Assembly: GCA_000004985.1 (NCBI GenBank)
Contig: GG738894.1
Length of the DNA stretch: 64,000 nucleotides
Strand: one strand, 5' to 3'
Source of the DNA: Naegleria gruberi
Taxonomy: Eukaryota
The translations under genes and the position numbers were made by a program. The notes under the pieces are model-generated. The model was not told where the DNA came from. It did not search any database and was given only the letters and a program-made list of their open reading frames with translations. Positions 13,155 through 26,002 of the stretch are shown here, in pieces. Position 1 is the first letter of the stretch. Every line of letters starts with the position of its first letter.

Positions 13155-13537
13155 ATTTCACACCTGTGTATTGAAATAAATTTTGTAAATATATTTTAAA
13201 AAACTCAAAGCTAATTAATATTGTAAACACAAATTCAATCGTATTTTGCCCATCTCTCTAAAAAGCCGATTCCTTGAACCAAGAATCCAATTTTGCCTCC
13301 TCAATTTATATAAGGCACTGTAATATTTCATTTTTCTTCTTCTAACATTTTGTAATGATGCCAATTAATTTCGCCGCCTGCTATTCCACCTCTTGACTTG
13401 GCCAAGGTTTGCACCGACAACACACATTTTTCAAGTTCACCTTTAAATAGCATTTGGCAAACATCACAAGATTTCAAAAAAAAAATATCAACACCCTCAC
13501 TTGTAGTACATACTTTTAGTATAATTTTAAAACAAAG

Positions 13538-14245
13538 ATGATCTTTAGACAATTATTCTCTGCTGATACTTGCACAATGACTTTTATTTTGGGATGCGAA
13601 CAAACTGGACAAGCTGCCATTGTTGATCCTGTCATTGAAGAATGCGAAAGAGATGCCAAGTTGGCTAAGGAATTGGGATTGACTATTACACATATTTTGG
13701 ATACTCACGTTCATGCTGACCATATTACTGGTGGTATTGCCTTGAAGAAACACTTCCCACAAGCTACTCATGTTTATAGTATGCATTCCGGAGTTACTTT
13801 CACTACAGGATTGACTTTGGCCAAGGAAGGTGATGTTATTCAAGTTGGTTCTCTCAAGATTCACGTTTTGGAAACTCCAGGACACACCAATGGTTGTTTG
13901 ACCTATTATACCGATGATAAGAAGATGGTTTTCACTGGTGATGCCTTGTTCATCAGAGGATGCGGAAGATGTGATTTCCAACAAGGATCTGCCTCCAAAT
14001 TGTATGATTCCATCATGAAGATTTATTCTACATTGCCTGATGATTGTTTGGTCTATCCTGGTCACGACTATAAGGGCATGATGTTCTCCAGCATTGGTGA
14101 TGAAAAGAAGAATAATCCAAGAATTTTCGCAACTCAAACTCGTGAAGGATTCTGTGAAATTATGAATAACTTAAAGTTGCCAAATCCTAGATATCTTGAT
14201 GTTGCTTTGCCAGCTAACTTGTTGGGTGGTGTCAAGACTAATTAA
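13538..14245 (+). CDS. ETHE1: ETHE1-type persulfide (sulfur) dioxygenase, metallo-beta-lactamase fold
   Basis: 235 aa. Near-colinear with human ETHE1: FRQLF...TFILGC, HTHVHADHITG, FTGDALFIRGCGRCDFQQGSA, YPGHDY, NPR...LPNPRYLDVALPANLLGGV. Confidence 0.9.
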   Translation: MIFRQLFSADTCTMTFILGCEQTGQAAIVDPVIEECERDAKLAKELGLTITHILDTHVHADHITGGIALKKHFPQATHVYSMHSGVTFTTGLTLAKEGDVIQVGSLKIHVLETPGHTNGCLTYYTDDKKMVFTGDALFIRGCGRCDFQQGSASKLYDSIMKIYSTLPDDCLVYPGHDYKGMMFSSIGDEKKNNPRIFATQTREGFCEIMNNLKLPNPRYLDVALPANLLGGVKTN

Positions 14246-14491
14246 TTATTTCCGTCATCATCAAATAATTATTATCTATATTTTAAATAATTGTGATGAG
14301 AATATATTTTGATTGTCCGACTTGCTAAAAACAATATGTACATAGAGAAAATAAATTTTGAATTTAAAAATCTTTTTAATTTACAAAATAATAATACAAT
14401 TTGATAAATTCCAAATCTTTCAAAATATTTACATATATAATATTTCAATAATAATTATATTAAAATTTTCCATTACTTCATCATAAAATTA

Positions 14492-15025
14492 TTACTGTCT
14501 TTTAACAACAGTTTTTGGTCTTTTACTACCTCCCATCAAGGCAGAATTCGACACTGATACCAAATCTTCCCTCTTCCTAAACGAATCAAATCGTTCTCGT
14601 TGTTCCTGTTGATTTTTCCTCTTCAAAAAAGCCTTCACCAAATTACGTTGTCTCGTCAGCTGTTCTGCTTGTTCCGTCAGCAAATCTGCAGCATCGGAGG
14701 CTGAAGCAGAATTGGCGCCATCTCCGCCACCACCACGTCTCTTCTTCTTATTATTGAGCGAAAATTCCAACATATCGATACGACGATTTCGCGCCTCAAT
14801 ATCCATCTCGAGTTGTTGAATGTACATGAGCATGTGATGGAATCGTTGTTGGAGTATCGAGTTGTGTGAGGAGAGTGAATCGTCCCATTTTTCAAATTTC
14901 ATATTGGAGAGAGGATGCGATTCGAGGGCGGCAACTTTTTGTTTTAGAGTTTCACATTCGATTTCTTTCAGCATGAGACGAATGTGGAGAGGTGAGGTGA
15001 GGTCCAAGGGCAGTATTGAAGACAT
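14492..15025 (-). CDS. hypothetical coiled-coil protein (177 aa)
   Basis: Complete ORF starting at an ATG. Heptad-rich with a basic C-terminus; no known domain. Confidence 0.35.
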   Translation of the reverse strand: MSSILPLDLTSPLHIRLMLKEIECETLKQKVAALESHPLSNMKFEKWDDSLSSHNSILQQRFHHMLMYIQQLEMDIEARNRRIDMLEFSLNNKKKRRGGGGDGANSASASDAADLLTEQAEQLTRQRNLVKAFLKRKNQQEQRERFDSFRKREDLVSVSNSALMGGSKRPKTVVKRQ

Positions 15026-15303
15026 TTTTTTTTGATGAATTATTTGAATGACATGTTTGACATGATCTGTTCTTTTTGTTTTGAGGATTCGTATTTGAAA
15101 GGTTTAGAATAGCAGTTCTATAGAAATATTTTCAAAGTAATTTCATTATCTGTTATATTCAATGTATTGTAATATAAAGATTTAATGTATTGAAAGCAAA
15201 GAAATATTTTATTCTAATTGTTTCGAATAGGAATACATCTATTTTCACATCAAATTTCCATTAAAAAAAAATTCAAAAGTTTGCACGGACTTGTCCAAGC
15301 AAC

Positions 15304-17998
15304 ATGTCCTCATCGAATAACAATAGCAAAACAATACGTTTCTTTTCGGATACCAATTCGAATACACTTATCAGAAACTCACCATCCAACAATACAAACT
15401 TAAAGGACAACTCTAATCCCATCCTCTCCATCACCACCACCACAACTCCCAACAACAACAAATCCACCACTCAATCTCCTCACCATTTAGACTTTCAACT
15501 TTCTCCAAGTACTTTACAAAACACTCGCAAATTCTCCCTCAACAAGGATATATTAATTTCCATGATCAATAATTCATCTACATCTGCTACATCTCCATCC
15601 TCTTCATCTATAAATTCTCCTTCATCATCTTCATCATCATCACAACAATTAAATAATAATTTTTCATCATCAAATAATTTATTCAATTCCGTTGATCCGG
15701 ATTCGAGGAGGCGGAGTAGTGGCGGAGAAAATATTAATATCGGTAGTGGTAATGGTAGTGGTAATAATAATGCGAGTGTTAATAGTTTGGGAGGTGCAGG
15801 GAATAATTCAGTTCTCTTTTTGAATTTGGACGAAAGATTGGCCATGCAAACACAGAATGAATTGAATTCTTCGAGACCGATCAATCATCAGAGGAATAGA
15901 CATAAGGGATCTGGTGGTATTTCTGAATATTCATTTACGGTGGATGATTTGATATTGCCAAATAGTGATATATCATCACCTAGATTGGCAATTTCAAGTA
16001 ATTTAAATTCGAATATTGTTTCTTCTAATGTTTCGAATGCGAAGAGTCCAACTCCTCATTCAAAATCAAATTCAACGACTACAGCTACCTTTGTACCATA
16101 TATTTCTCCTTTAAATACTTCGAATAGTTTGGAAAGTAATGAATTGGGAACTACAGAATTTGTCAATTTGGATCTCACTTCAATTTTACCTCATGGAAAA
16201 TTATTGAGATTCTTCCTTGTGAATAATCAGGACTATTTCACAGACACTGTCCAATTGAGAAAACACAGCCCCGTCATTGCTCAGGAAATTGATTTCCAGC
16301 AACGATTGAATGAATTTGAAAATCAAAACACTGGATTCTTTTCAGATATTTCCATTAGATTTGTACCGAGTGGAAGAGAGATTCGTGCCCATAAATTCAT
16401 TCTCTCCATGTATAGTCCCGTGTTGGCTACACTGTTTAGTTCGAGATGGAAGGAAACTCATGATAATGTCATTGAGGTTTTGACTGAAGTTAGTAATCAG
16501 AGTGGTGGTGGTGTAAATTTTGAGGAGGTTGACGATGAGCAATTATTTGTGGAAATGATTCTCTGCATGTATAGTGGTCAGATTTATCAAGTGGAGCAAC
16601 ATTTAATTGTTCCATTGTTGGAGTTATCTGACAAGTATCAATTTACAGAATTGTCGAGAGCTTGTGAGGAGTATTTGAGAGTTCACTTGAATGAACACAA
16701 TTGCATTTCATTGCTCTATCTTGCCAATGGAATTTCCATTGAGAATACTCTTCAATCCTCTGCAAATACGAGACTTTCCATTTCATCAACAACTGGAAGC
16801 AAGTATTCAAAGGGAAAGTTTGATCGATTGAAAGAGAGAGCACTCGCCTACATTGATACACATTTCGAGTTGGTTTCCAAGACCAAGGCATTCCTCTTTT
16901 TAGATGTTAACATGTTGATTTTCCTCCTTAATCGTGGTGAGCTCAGAGTTGATTCTGAGGATGTCATTCTCAGTGCCATTTTAAATTGGTGTGATGGTGA
17001 TCTGTGCAATAGGAGAGAACTCTTATTCTCAACTCTATTGGAACATGTTCGATTGTACCACCTCTCTCCCAATCGATTGGCTCATTTGGGTGAAGTATTG
17101 GAAAGGTACACTGGAACATTGGAGAATTCCTCTCTCATGATGCCATGGATGAATAGAATCATGCAAGCCATGTCCTATCAAATGTCTCACACTCTCGGTT
17201 TCCAACTCTCTCAGAGTATGCAACAGAAAATTGCACTCGAATGTCCTCCAAGAAAGAGAGCTACTCAAGATATTACAAGAATTTCAAATTTATTATCACA
17301 GGAGCAATTTTTACAAATTGCAGAGTGGATTAATGAGCAAGGAAAGCAAGGATTGATGAAGGATGTTTCTGAAAGGTTTGTTTCCATTTTCCCACTCTAA
17401 TTGATTAATTTTCTAATAATTTTTTGTAAATATATACTTCACACATTTTACAAATATTTCACACAAATACAATCTCAAACTAATCAGAGAATGGCTACTT
17501 CTCTACAGAGGAACAAGGGATGGTTTTCAAGGTAAAGCTTTCCATGCCAAATGTGATGGAAAAGGTCCAACTTTTTGTGTCATTAAAACAGATAAGGGAT
17601 TTCTATTTGGAGGATTCACATCCAAGAGTTGGCACAGTAACAACACTGATGAGAGTGACGAATGTGCATTTTTATATTCTCTCTACAATCCCTATCTGAA
17701 CAACAAAATGACAAGATTTAAAATCAAACCTGGAATGTCAGCTGCCATTGGATGTTATGCAAACTTTGGAGTAATTTTTGGTGGAGGAAGAGATTTAATT
17801 CTCTATTCTGAAAGTAATATTAACAATTCGAGTCATTGTGAATTCTTTGGCCACACTTATCAATTACCAAATTTAGCAGGAGTTTGCTATGGATCTCTGA
17901 AGAGTAAAACCTTCTTCAATGGAACTGAACAGTTTAGAGTGAATGATTGTGAAGTTTTTGGATTAGTTCCATCCTCAAATAAATTCCTTACCAAGTAA
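15304..17998 (+). CDS. BTB/POZ-BACK protein spliced to a C-terminal TLDc domain
   Basis: Exon 1 is 15304..17375. It has an S/N-rich N-terminus, a BTB domain (REIRAHKFILSMYSPVLATLFSSRW...) and a BACK-like region. The proposed intron 17376..17487 has a GTTTGT donor and a CAG acceptor (phase 2). Exon 2 is 17488..17998 and encodes a TLDc domain (EWLLLYRGTRDGFQGKAFHAKCDGKGPTFCVIKTDKGFLFGGFTSKSW...AFLYSL...FGGGRDLILY). That frame has no ATG of its own; it opens only at 17420. Confidence 0.55.
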
Positions 17999-18115
17999 TA
18001 CTTGTCCTATTTCACATTGAGAATCTTTTTGCATTTCACACACAAGTCAATCGACAGTTAGCTCCATAACAATAACATTTAAATGAGCACACTAACTTGT
18101 TTATAATATTTTGGG

Positions 18116-18550
18116 TTAAACGATTTCACAACAGGTTTTTCTTTCAAATTCTAACAATTCCAATTTTACTTGTTGCAATTCGTCTAAATCTTCCGAATCT
18201 TGAACAGTTTCCACAAAATGTCTATCAATAGATAACAAGACATTCTTCACCTCTTGAAACTTATCGGAGTAATATTGAATTTGATCTTGTTGTTCTCTTG
18301 TTGGATTTTCAACTTTGATTAACATTAGTTTTTCTAGACGAAAGTCAATTAAAGCAATTTTCTTTTCCGTAATTTCTTGATTAGAATACTTGGTTGGTTG
18401 TTGATAGTGATGAGCTGGTTCCTGCAGACCGGTATCTTCGAAAAAGCTTGGAGGACCATAAGGAACAAGTTGTCTGTAGAAAGATGGCATTTTTTTGAGT
18501 TTAGAATAGTTCGTTTCGTGTTCATGATCATTTTTTGTTAGGTGGCCCAA
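18116..18550 (-). CDS. hypothetical protein (144 aa)
   Basis: Complete ORF; acidic and helical C-terminal half; no recognised domain. Confidence 0.3.
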   Translation of the reverse strand: MGHLTKNDHEHETNYSKLKKMPSFYRQLVPYGPPSFFEDTGLQEPAHHYQQPTKYSNQEITEKKIALIDFRLEKLMLIKVENPTREQQDQIQYYSDKFQEVKNVLLSIDRHFVETVQDSEDLDELQQVKLELLEFERKTCCEIV

Positions 18551-18740
18551 AGGTAATGTGAGAAAAACTTTTTACCATGTGAGAATAAAAGTTAATGAGA
18601 AAGCTGTTCAAAGATCTTTCAATTTTTATGTTTAGCAACCTAACAAAAAATGATCTGACGTCATTAATGATAAATTCAAAATTTATTTACAAGATTATTT
18701 ACAAATATTTCATCACAAAAGAAGGTTTCTACTAATGAGA

Positions 18741-19628
18741 TTACTTTTTCATATCCAAAAGGACAAATTCAGTCATTGAATTCACTCCCTCAATGAATAA
18801 TTCCTCTTCAGTGGATGAATCTGAATGAATGAAACAACCATCTCCTTCTTTCAATGTTACAATTTCTTGATTGTTTCCATGAGAAAGTTTGATTGAAATT
18901 GGGTTTTCTAAATTTGGTGATTTGAATAGTTTCATTTTCAGATAATTGGAAATGAAAGGGTTAGCTTTACGAAGTAAAGAAGAAAACAAACCATTTAGTT
19001 TAGAATCTTCAACTGAAGATGATCCAATTCTACTCATAATTGGAACGTGAATATAAATTTGACGACCAGGTTGCAAAGTATGATTGACTTTCTTTCCAGA
19101 TTCCAATAAACTTGAAAGTACATAAATATCTTGATCAATTCCAATAAATTCTTCACTCAATTTGGCACTTTCGTTTGGAACAATCATTAAACGCAATTGA
19201 TTCAGTTTTTGTTCTGGTGTGAAATCTTTCGTTTGATAATTTGGTTTCGAATTGAAATTTCGAGGTTTCACCCAAATTTGTAAGAATTTGACATGCTCAT
19301 TCTTATCCCTATTAAACTCACTGTGATAAACTCCACTTCCAGCTGAAGTAAACTGAACTGAACCCTTCTTACAAACTTCTGTATTTCCCATAGAATCTGA
19401 ATGAGTCAAATTTCCAGACAAGATATACGAAAATATTTCATAATTCTGATGAGGATGCATTGGAAATCCGCTTGATGGCTCCACTGTATCTTCATTCAAT
19501 ACTCTCAATGGTCCGAATTGAGTAAACTTTTGATTTCGATAGCTTGAAAAGGAAAATGTGTGGTAGGTATCAAGCCAGCCTTCATCATAGTGTCCTCTTT
19601 CTTCTGATGGTCTAATTTCAAATTTCAT
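18741..19628 (-). CDS. pirin (bicupin) family protein
   Basis: 295 aa. Matches pirin: RGHYDEGWLDTYHTFSF, FGPLRVLNEDTVEPSSGFPMHPHQNYEIFSYILSGNLTHSDSMGN, GSVQFTSAGSGVYHSEFN. Confidence 0.85.
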   Translation of the reverse strand: MKFEIRPSEERGHYDEGWLDTYHTFSFSSYRNQKFTQFGPLRVLNEDTVEPSSGFPMHPHQNYEIFSYILSGNLTHSDSMGNTEVCKKGSVQFTSAGSGVYHSEFNRDKNEHVKFLQIWVKPRNFNSKPNYQTKDFTPEQKLNQLRLMIVPNESAKLSEEFIGIDQDIYVLSSLLESGKKVNHTLQPGRQIYIHVPIMSRIGSSSVEDSKLNGLFSSLLRKANPFISNYLKMKLFKSPNLENPISIKLSHGNNQEIVTLKEGDGCFIHSDSSTEEELFIEGVNSMTEFVLLDMKK

Positions 19629-20527
19629 TTTTCTTGTTATTTGGCGCGTGTGTTGTTGTTTGTTTTTTTTTGATTTGAAAAATTGAAAAGTTTGTTGGCG
19701 GGAAAGATAAAGAAAATTGTGAGCGCAAGAACTTGCTGGTTAGTGCGCACGGTTTTTGTTGTGCCAATTCCGTTGGTTTTTTATGGGCAAATTGCTGCAC
19801 TTTACAACCTTGTTCACGGAAAAGGGAGTTTTAGTACCAGTTACGGATTCGAAGTACTTGAATGTTGCAAACATGTTGGTTACAAAAAATGGTCCTTAGA
19901 TTGTACTTATGAATGCCTTAATGGATCACTCACATTTTGGAAACAACAATCCTAAAAATCTGGTGGCTATTAATTTTTTTAAATGGTTTTCTATTTTTCT
20001 TTTTTGAATTACTTTTTTTTAAGGATATGGATATGGAGATTGATCAATTAATAGGAGCACTAAGCTTACTTTCCTTGAGTTTAACACTTTTTATGGGGTA
20101 AGAAAGTGCAGGGGTTCGCAATCTGAAGTCAAATTTCTAAAATATCTTGTATTCATCGATAAAGAGGCAAACCCTTATTTCTCAAAAACCCACATTACTT
20201 TTCTCTCAAAGAAAAAACAAATTATCGAGTTTCACATTGGATATTTAAGGTAAATCACCGAGGACTGCCTGTGATTCTCTGCCTTAATTAGAGGTTAAAA
20301 TTTCCAAATAGAGGCACTGGAATGACTCTCCTTAATGAGATACACAACATGAATCACTAACAAACTTTGCTTTAACAACCCTCAAAAAACATAAGCAACT
20401 CTTCATCATCAACCACAACAACAAATTTTGAACTGTTTAAAATTTCTAACCAACATTAATATTAAGGAACATCAAAATCTACAACAGCCATTTAAAAGAA
20501 CAGTAGATTTATATAAAACACAAGAAA

Positions 20528-23500
20528 ATGCAAGCCTCATCTAGTGGACAATTTGAATCCGATGGAGAGGGTTCTGATTTTTTGACAAATAACAATAATA
20601 TTAATGGTGGAGGTGGAGGAACCAATGGTGCTCCCTTAGCAAATCCACAACAAGCAATGAGTAATGTCGGAACGAGTAGTGTTGGTTCGACAGTTTCAAC
20701 TAATACCGATTCTAATCTTTCAAAGAATGTTGTGTCCATGTTTAGAGATCAATTCATTGGATTTATGATATCATTCAATGCAAAAGTATCGAGAATTTCC
20801 AAGCTAAAGTATGGTATCCTTAATATTTTGATATATGTGTACTTGTGGTACGTTACAATGGTACTCTCCTCTTGTCCTTCAAGAATTGATGAAGAAACAT
20901 CTGCATCTGCATCATCATCTTCAACAACATCTTCCTCACATCACTACTTGTGGGGAGAAATACCAGGTTGGATTCATAGAGCCTTATTCTATCCCATAAA
21001 TTTTGGCGTAGAACATTACCCTTACGAGCTAACATTGACAATATCTGCGCTATATCTGCTTGCTGAGGTTATTTGCATTGGACTCTTAGTTCTCTTTCAA
21101 GTGGCCAAGAATAAGGGAAGCAAATGGAGTGAAAAGATTAATTCAATTGCTTCCAAACTGATACTTTTCCTTATTGTGACTTCACATTTTGCATTGTGGA
21201 TTCATACAGTACCTATGGCACCACTCGAATCAATACCACTAGGACACGGTTCATCAACAATAACGAGTAGTTCATCATCATCAAAAACATCTTCTTCAGC
21301 AGAGGAGGACACTTATCTTTACTATTATCCTTCTCTTTCAATTAGTTCAACAGTGAATATTATTTTCATAGTGATTGGTGCACTTGGTGTGGTTTGCAAT
21401 GTTGGAGTGACACTGTTGGGATTCATTCTCACTGCAGAAACTGTTCCACCAATGAAGAAATATTCCTTATTTTCAATTGATAGAGTGGAGCCAACAGCTG
21501 TTCTTCTTTTCACAAATCAATTGAGTGTAATTGTTACTGTTATTGTAACTTCTCATTTGGCAGTCGTGTCGAGTGCATTCAAGATTGTAATCTCTGGAAT
21601 ATGCTTGATTTTCTTCATGAACAAAATACCCCACTACAGAAAGTGGGAGAATTCTTTAATGGTGGGAGTAATGTTTGGAAAGACTTTGGGAAGTATTGGA
21701 CCTCTTGTTTCTGATCTAATAGTCTCGGGCGAAACAAATGCAACTACTCTTGGAGGAGCACTAACTGGTGTCACTATTGGATTGCAAGTAATTGGATTCA
21801 TTATAGGATTCATTGGATTTTACATTTATCTAAGCATGATAACTAGGTCTGTTCGTAAATTCTTATTATCAGAATTTGAGGATAAGAAGAAGGATAAAAT
21901 AGGAGCACAACAAGCATTTGCCTATTTTGAAGAGAATAAGAATATGAAGAAGCTGTCACTCTATATCAAATTATCAATGGGAGAAAATGGTTCTGCAAAC
22001 TTTAATGTGGCCACTCGATTTGTGAGGAATATTGGTGTTTCCAGAAGTATGACCAATGTGGATTTCCTCATTACAGCAGCCATATTCTCTGCATTCCATC
22101 CGGATGTAGATGACCAATTTACATGCATTGCCAATGCCATTCATTTACTTCAGAGAGCTCAAAAACAACATCCATCACTCTCGTTCAAGTACATGATCAT
22201 GTTAAGGCATAAGGAAATTGAGGAGAATATGAATACCATATCTGCTATTAATATTGAATTGAGACAAATGTTACAGACATTGGATAAGAAACAACACTTG
22301 TTACAATATTTCCATAGAGAATTTTACAAGGAACTTTTGAATGAACATCCTTCATTGTCCAAGATGGAAAATATCAATAGAACTATATCCATTATAGTTC
22401 AGGATTGTGATCTCAAGTTTAGAAATTTACTAGTCTCCCATCCTAATGATAAAACCCTATTGAGATCGTACGCCTGTTACTTGGAAACTTGTAGGTGGGA
22501 GAAGGAGCTAGCAGCTGAATACTATGATGATGCCAATCAAATTGAGGAAGAAGAGGCAAGAAAACACCATCATAAGAAGGCAAAGAATAACTTTATGAGT
22601 AGTGACTTTTCAAAGAGAAGAGCCATTCCAACAGCATCAAACAAAGTCGTACCAATATCCAATATGGCTGCTAATTTCGATCGTAAAATTAATGCCTCAC
22701 TGGATTTTGATGTTGTGGAGAAATCGTTAGATCATAAACATGATGAAGAAAATTGGGAATCAGTATCAAATGCAGAGGAGTTATCTAAGAAGGAAGACTT
22801 GTTCAGAATTGCAATCAACACTGAGGATGACCATACTTTTACCAAAATTTGGTTTTCCATATTCACCATGTTCTCTATCATTGTCATTTCTGTAATTATT
22901 GGTTTTGGAATGGGCCAGCTCAAGATTACAACAGACAGAGTTTCACTGCAAGAGAAGGTTTGCTCACTGAGTGGAATTCCTTACCTCATTGTTTCACAAT
23001 TAAGATCAGTGCAGTCCATCTATAGATTCTCTTCCTCTTCGTGGGAGCAAACTCTCAAGGTACCACTGGTTGCAAATATAGCAAAGAATCAATTAAGCAT
23101 GTTGATGGAGAAGGTACAACATGTCAAAGATGCCTCAAACAATGGTGAATTTGTTCCCGAAGTTGTTGAAATGTACAATGAAGTTCGTTGGACGAATATC
23201 ATTCCTATTAAACAACAAACAGAGGAAACAAGCATTCCATTGTACCATAAAGTGAACGGATCGATTGCAGAGTTTGTCGAATCCATGTTGACACAAGCTC
23301 ATGAACTTGAGAAACAGTTTGATAATTTACATGTATTGAATGTTACCATGTCAAATTATAACTTTTTATACTAGTAAGTTTTATATCCTTCATTGAATTC
23401 TCTATAACGTGAAATAGTTATTTGGGAAGAACTGAAATGACAGAAGCTTTTGACTATTTTTGTTCTACCTTCATCAAGAGTTCAGAAAGCACAGAAATAG

Positions 23501-25928
23501 AAGGTCAAAAAGAGTTTTACATTCTCTGTGGTGTTTTGATGGGTACCTATGCTCTACTTGCTTTGATTTATGTAATTGTTTTGAGAACTCAGCTTTTACA
23601 AACATTGAGAATTATTAGATGTATATTCAAGAAGATTCCAAAAGAAGAAAGTGGCAAAATTTTTCATCGTTTTGATAAGAAACTCTATGATGAAATACAT
23701 AAGGAAAATAGAACAGTGTTGACACCTAAGAATCTCTTCCTTGTCACTACCATTTTGATTATTTTGATAACATTCCTTGTGTGTATATTGATCATTATTG
23801 ATTTCGAACAGGGATCACAAGAAATTATGTCCACAATGGTGACAGTCTCATCGCTAAATGATGTTATTACCATTTCTTCAAAGGTTACCTTTACGTTGAA
23901 TGAGTTAATCACAAAAAGTATAATCATGAATGAAAACTGGATTGATTTGAGAGATAGAAACTTGGAAGATTTGAAACAAGCTGCCATAGCATGGAGAGAC
24001 ATTACCATTGGTGGCAGTGAAAATAATTTCAAGCCAACAGTGTTTGGTATTTTACCTGAAATTGATGACTTGTTGGATGGAACCTGCAGCAATAAGACAT
24101 TCCAGGTGTCTGAACCTCTCAATTACACAACAGTCATGTCAGAATTGAGTTGCAGAGGAATGGATCAATTGTTGAATATATTTATGGATAGATCCTATGA
24201 ATTGAGTCAAGATTTTTATTCTAATTACTATGATAAGGAAAGTGCTATGGAGTTGTACTTTACTTACATTTATTTCCTCTCTGTAACTTTCTCAGACAAG
24301 TTATTGGACTTGATAAGTGTGTATGTGAATTTCGCAAAGCATCCAGAAGTTGCCTTAGCAGCGGCATCGACTTCTGTTGGTTTGATATTAATTATCATGT
24401 TGAGCTACTTTGCCTATTCAAATATTTCATCCTATTGGATGGAAAAGCAAAATTTAAGAAGTTTGTTAAATTATATTAATTGGGAATTGATTGAACAAAT
24501 AGACGATTTGAAGCAGTATGCAGTTTCACATAGAATTAAGGAAAATACCTATCAAAGTTTGGAAAAGGTTTCTAGCAAAATTTCCAAGTTCAATGTTTTC
24601 AAATTTGAAGATGGTGACGATGAAGAATCCAACGATCCATTGGCCATGACCAAATCTATTCTATTGGCTGCAGCTGATGGCAGTATCGTTTGTAGTTCAA
24701 ATGGCTCTATTACAATTTTTAATCCAGCAGCTGAAGACATGTTTGGTTTGAAAGGAAGCGAAGTCATGGGAACACACATCACTGATCTATTCTCCATTCA
24801 AGATCAACCTAAAATTGCAAATTTGCTCAAATCCATGAATAGTTCACTAAGTGCCTTCTCTGAAACATTCGAAGCAACAGCTATCCGAAAGAACAAGACA
24901 ATCTTCTCTGTGAAACTCTCAATGAGTGTTTGTATCTTTATGAAGAAGGCCATTGTTTCATGTTTCGTCAAGGATATTACCCCAGAGAAGAAACAAAATG
25001 CTCTCATTGCTGAAGAAAAGAAGAAGAGTGAAGATTTATTATTGAATATTTTACCACTTCCAGTCGCAAATCGATTAAAACAAGGTGAAACATTCATTGC
25101 TGAAAAGTTTACAGATGTCACTGTATTCTTTTCTGATATGGTTGGATTTACCAAAATGTCATCAGGAATGGAACCAGATCAATTGGTTAAAATGTTGAAT
25201 ACCATCGTTAATGAATTTGACAAGCTGACAGAAAAGTATTCCATTGACAAGATTAAAACTATTGGAGACGCCTATTTTAGTGTAGGTGGTTTGCATGCTT
25301 CCAAATCAAGTGATCACCCAGAAAGAATGTTAAGAGTAAGTTGTAATAAGTTTACAAAAAAACGCAATATTCACACAAAACATAGTTCTCAATTGATATC
25401 TTTTTCTTTTTGAACAAATTCAACACAGAGACCAACAACAAGATTAACCTAAGAGTTGGCCTTCATACTGGTGGTTGTGTGGGTGGTGTAATTGGCAGTA
25501 AAAAGTTTGCCTATGATTTGTGGGGTGATACCATTAATACTGCCTCGAGAATGGAATCTACATCCATTGCTGGAAGAATTCAATTATCCAGATCTACCTA
25601 TGAGGTAAGTTTCTTTCTAAAAAGATTACAAGATTATTTCTAATACTATTTTCACCTCAATGTTTAGAGAGTTTTTGATTTGGATTTCCAATTTGAAGAA
25701 AGAGATGGAATTGAAGTAAAAGGAAAAGGATTAATGAAAACCTATCTAGTCCATCAAAAACACCATCCAATTGCTTTTGAAGAAGAACACGAAATGACTC
25801 CAATTATTATTGAACCACAAACTTGTCATCCTCCATTATTGGAATCAAACAACATGTCAACACCACTTCTTGAGGAACATTTGGAAAACAATGATGAAAC
25901 CCTAGAGTATACCATTGTCCAACACTAA
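20528..25928 (+). CDS. multi-pass-membrane, PAS-containing class III adenylate/guanylate cyclase, paralog 2 (~1730 aa, 4 exons)
   Basis: join(20528..23373, 23418..25335, 25431..25604, 25668..25928). Introns: GTAAGT..ATAG, GTAAGT..AGAG and GTAAGT..TTTAG; phases were checked against the ORF-track frames. Domain order is TM block, TM block, PAS-like, cyclase. Cyclase motifs: FFSDMVGFT, IKTIGDAYF, LRVGLHTGG, FAYDLWGDTINTASRMESTSIAGRIQLS. The 19-24 aa helix between HPER and the RVG motif is missing when compared with paralog 1. Confidence 0.75.
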
Positions 25929-26002
25929 GAAAAACCCACAATAAAATTCCATTCCTCAAACCATAGGGATGGAGTCATGTCATTATTCACCCATCAAAAA
26001 AA

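Noticed and set aside
13328-13552. A 74-aa minus-strand ORF upstream of ETHE1.
   Set aside because: It overlaps the ETHE1 start region on the opposite strand, has no homology, and its first Met lies in AT-rich promoter-like sequence.
17491-17535. An ATG (MATSLQRNKGWFSR*) that could start an independent TLDc gene.
   Set aside because: It is out of frame with the TLDc domain and stops after 14 codons. The domain frame itself has no ATG, which supports splicing from the BTB exon.
20095-20125. A GGGGTTCGCAATC motif resembling a tRNA T-loop (GGTTCGAATCC).
   Set aside because: It has an extra base relative to the consensus, and the upstream 70 nt cannot form an acceptor, D or anticodon stem. No tRNA is called in this window.
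25336-25430. Read-through of the intron in cyclase paralog 2 (RVSCNKFTKKRN...), which superficially resembles paralog 1's RFSIDCFNVIRN helix.
   Set aside because: The read-through hits a stop (SFSF*) with no downstream donor that could restore the cyclase frame. The similarity (5 of 12 residues) is within chance for AT-rich sequence. It is retained as a caveat under the paralog finding.
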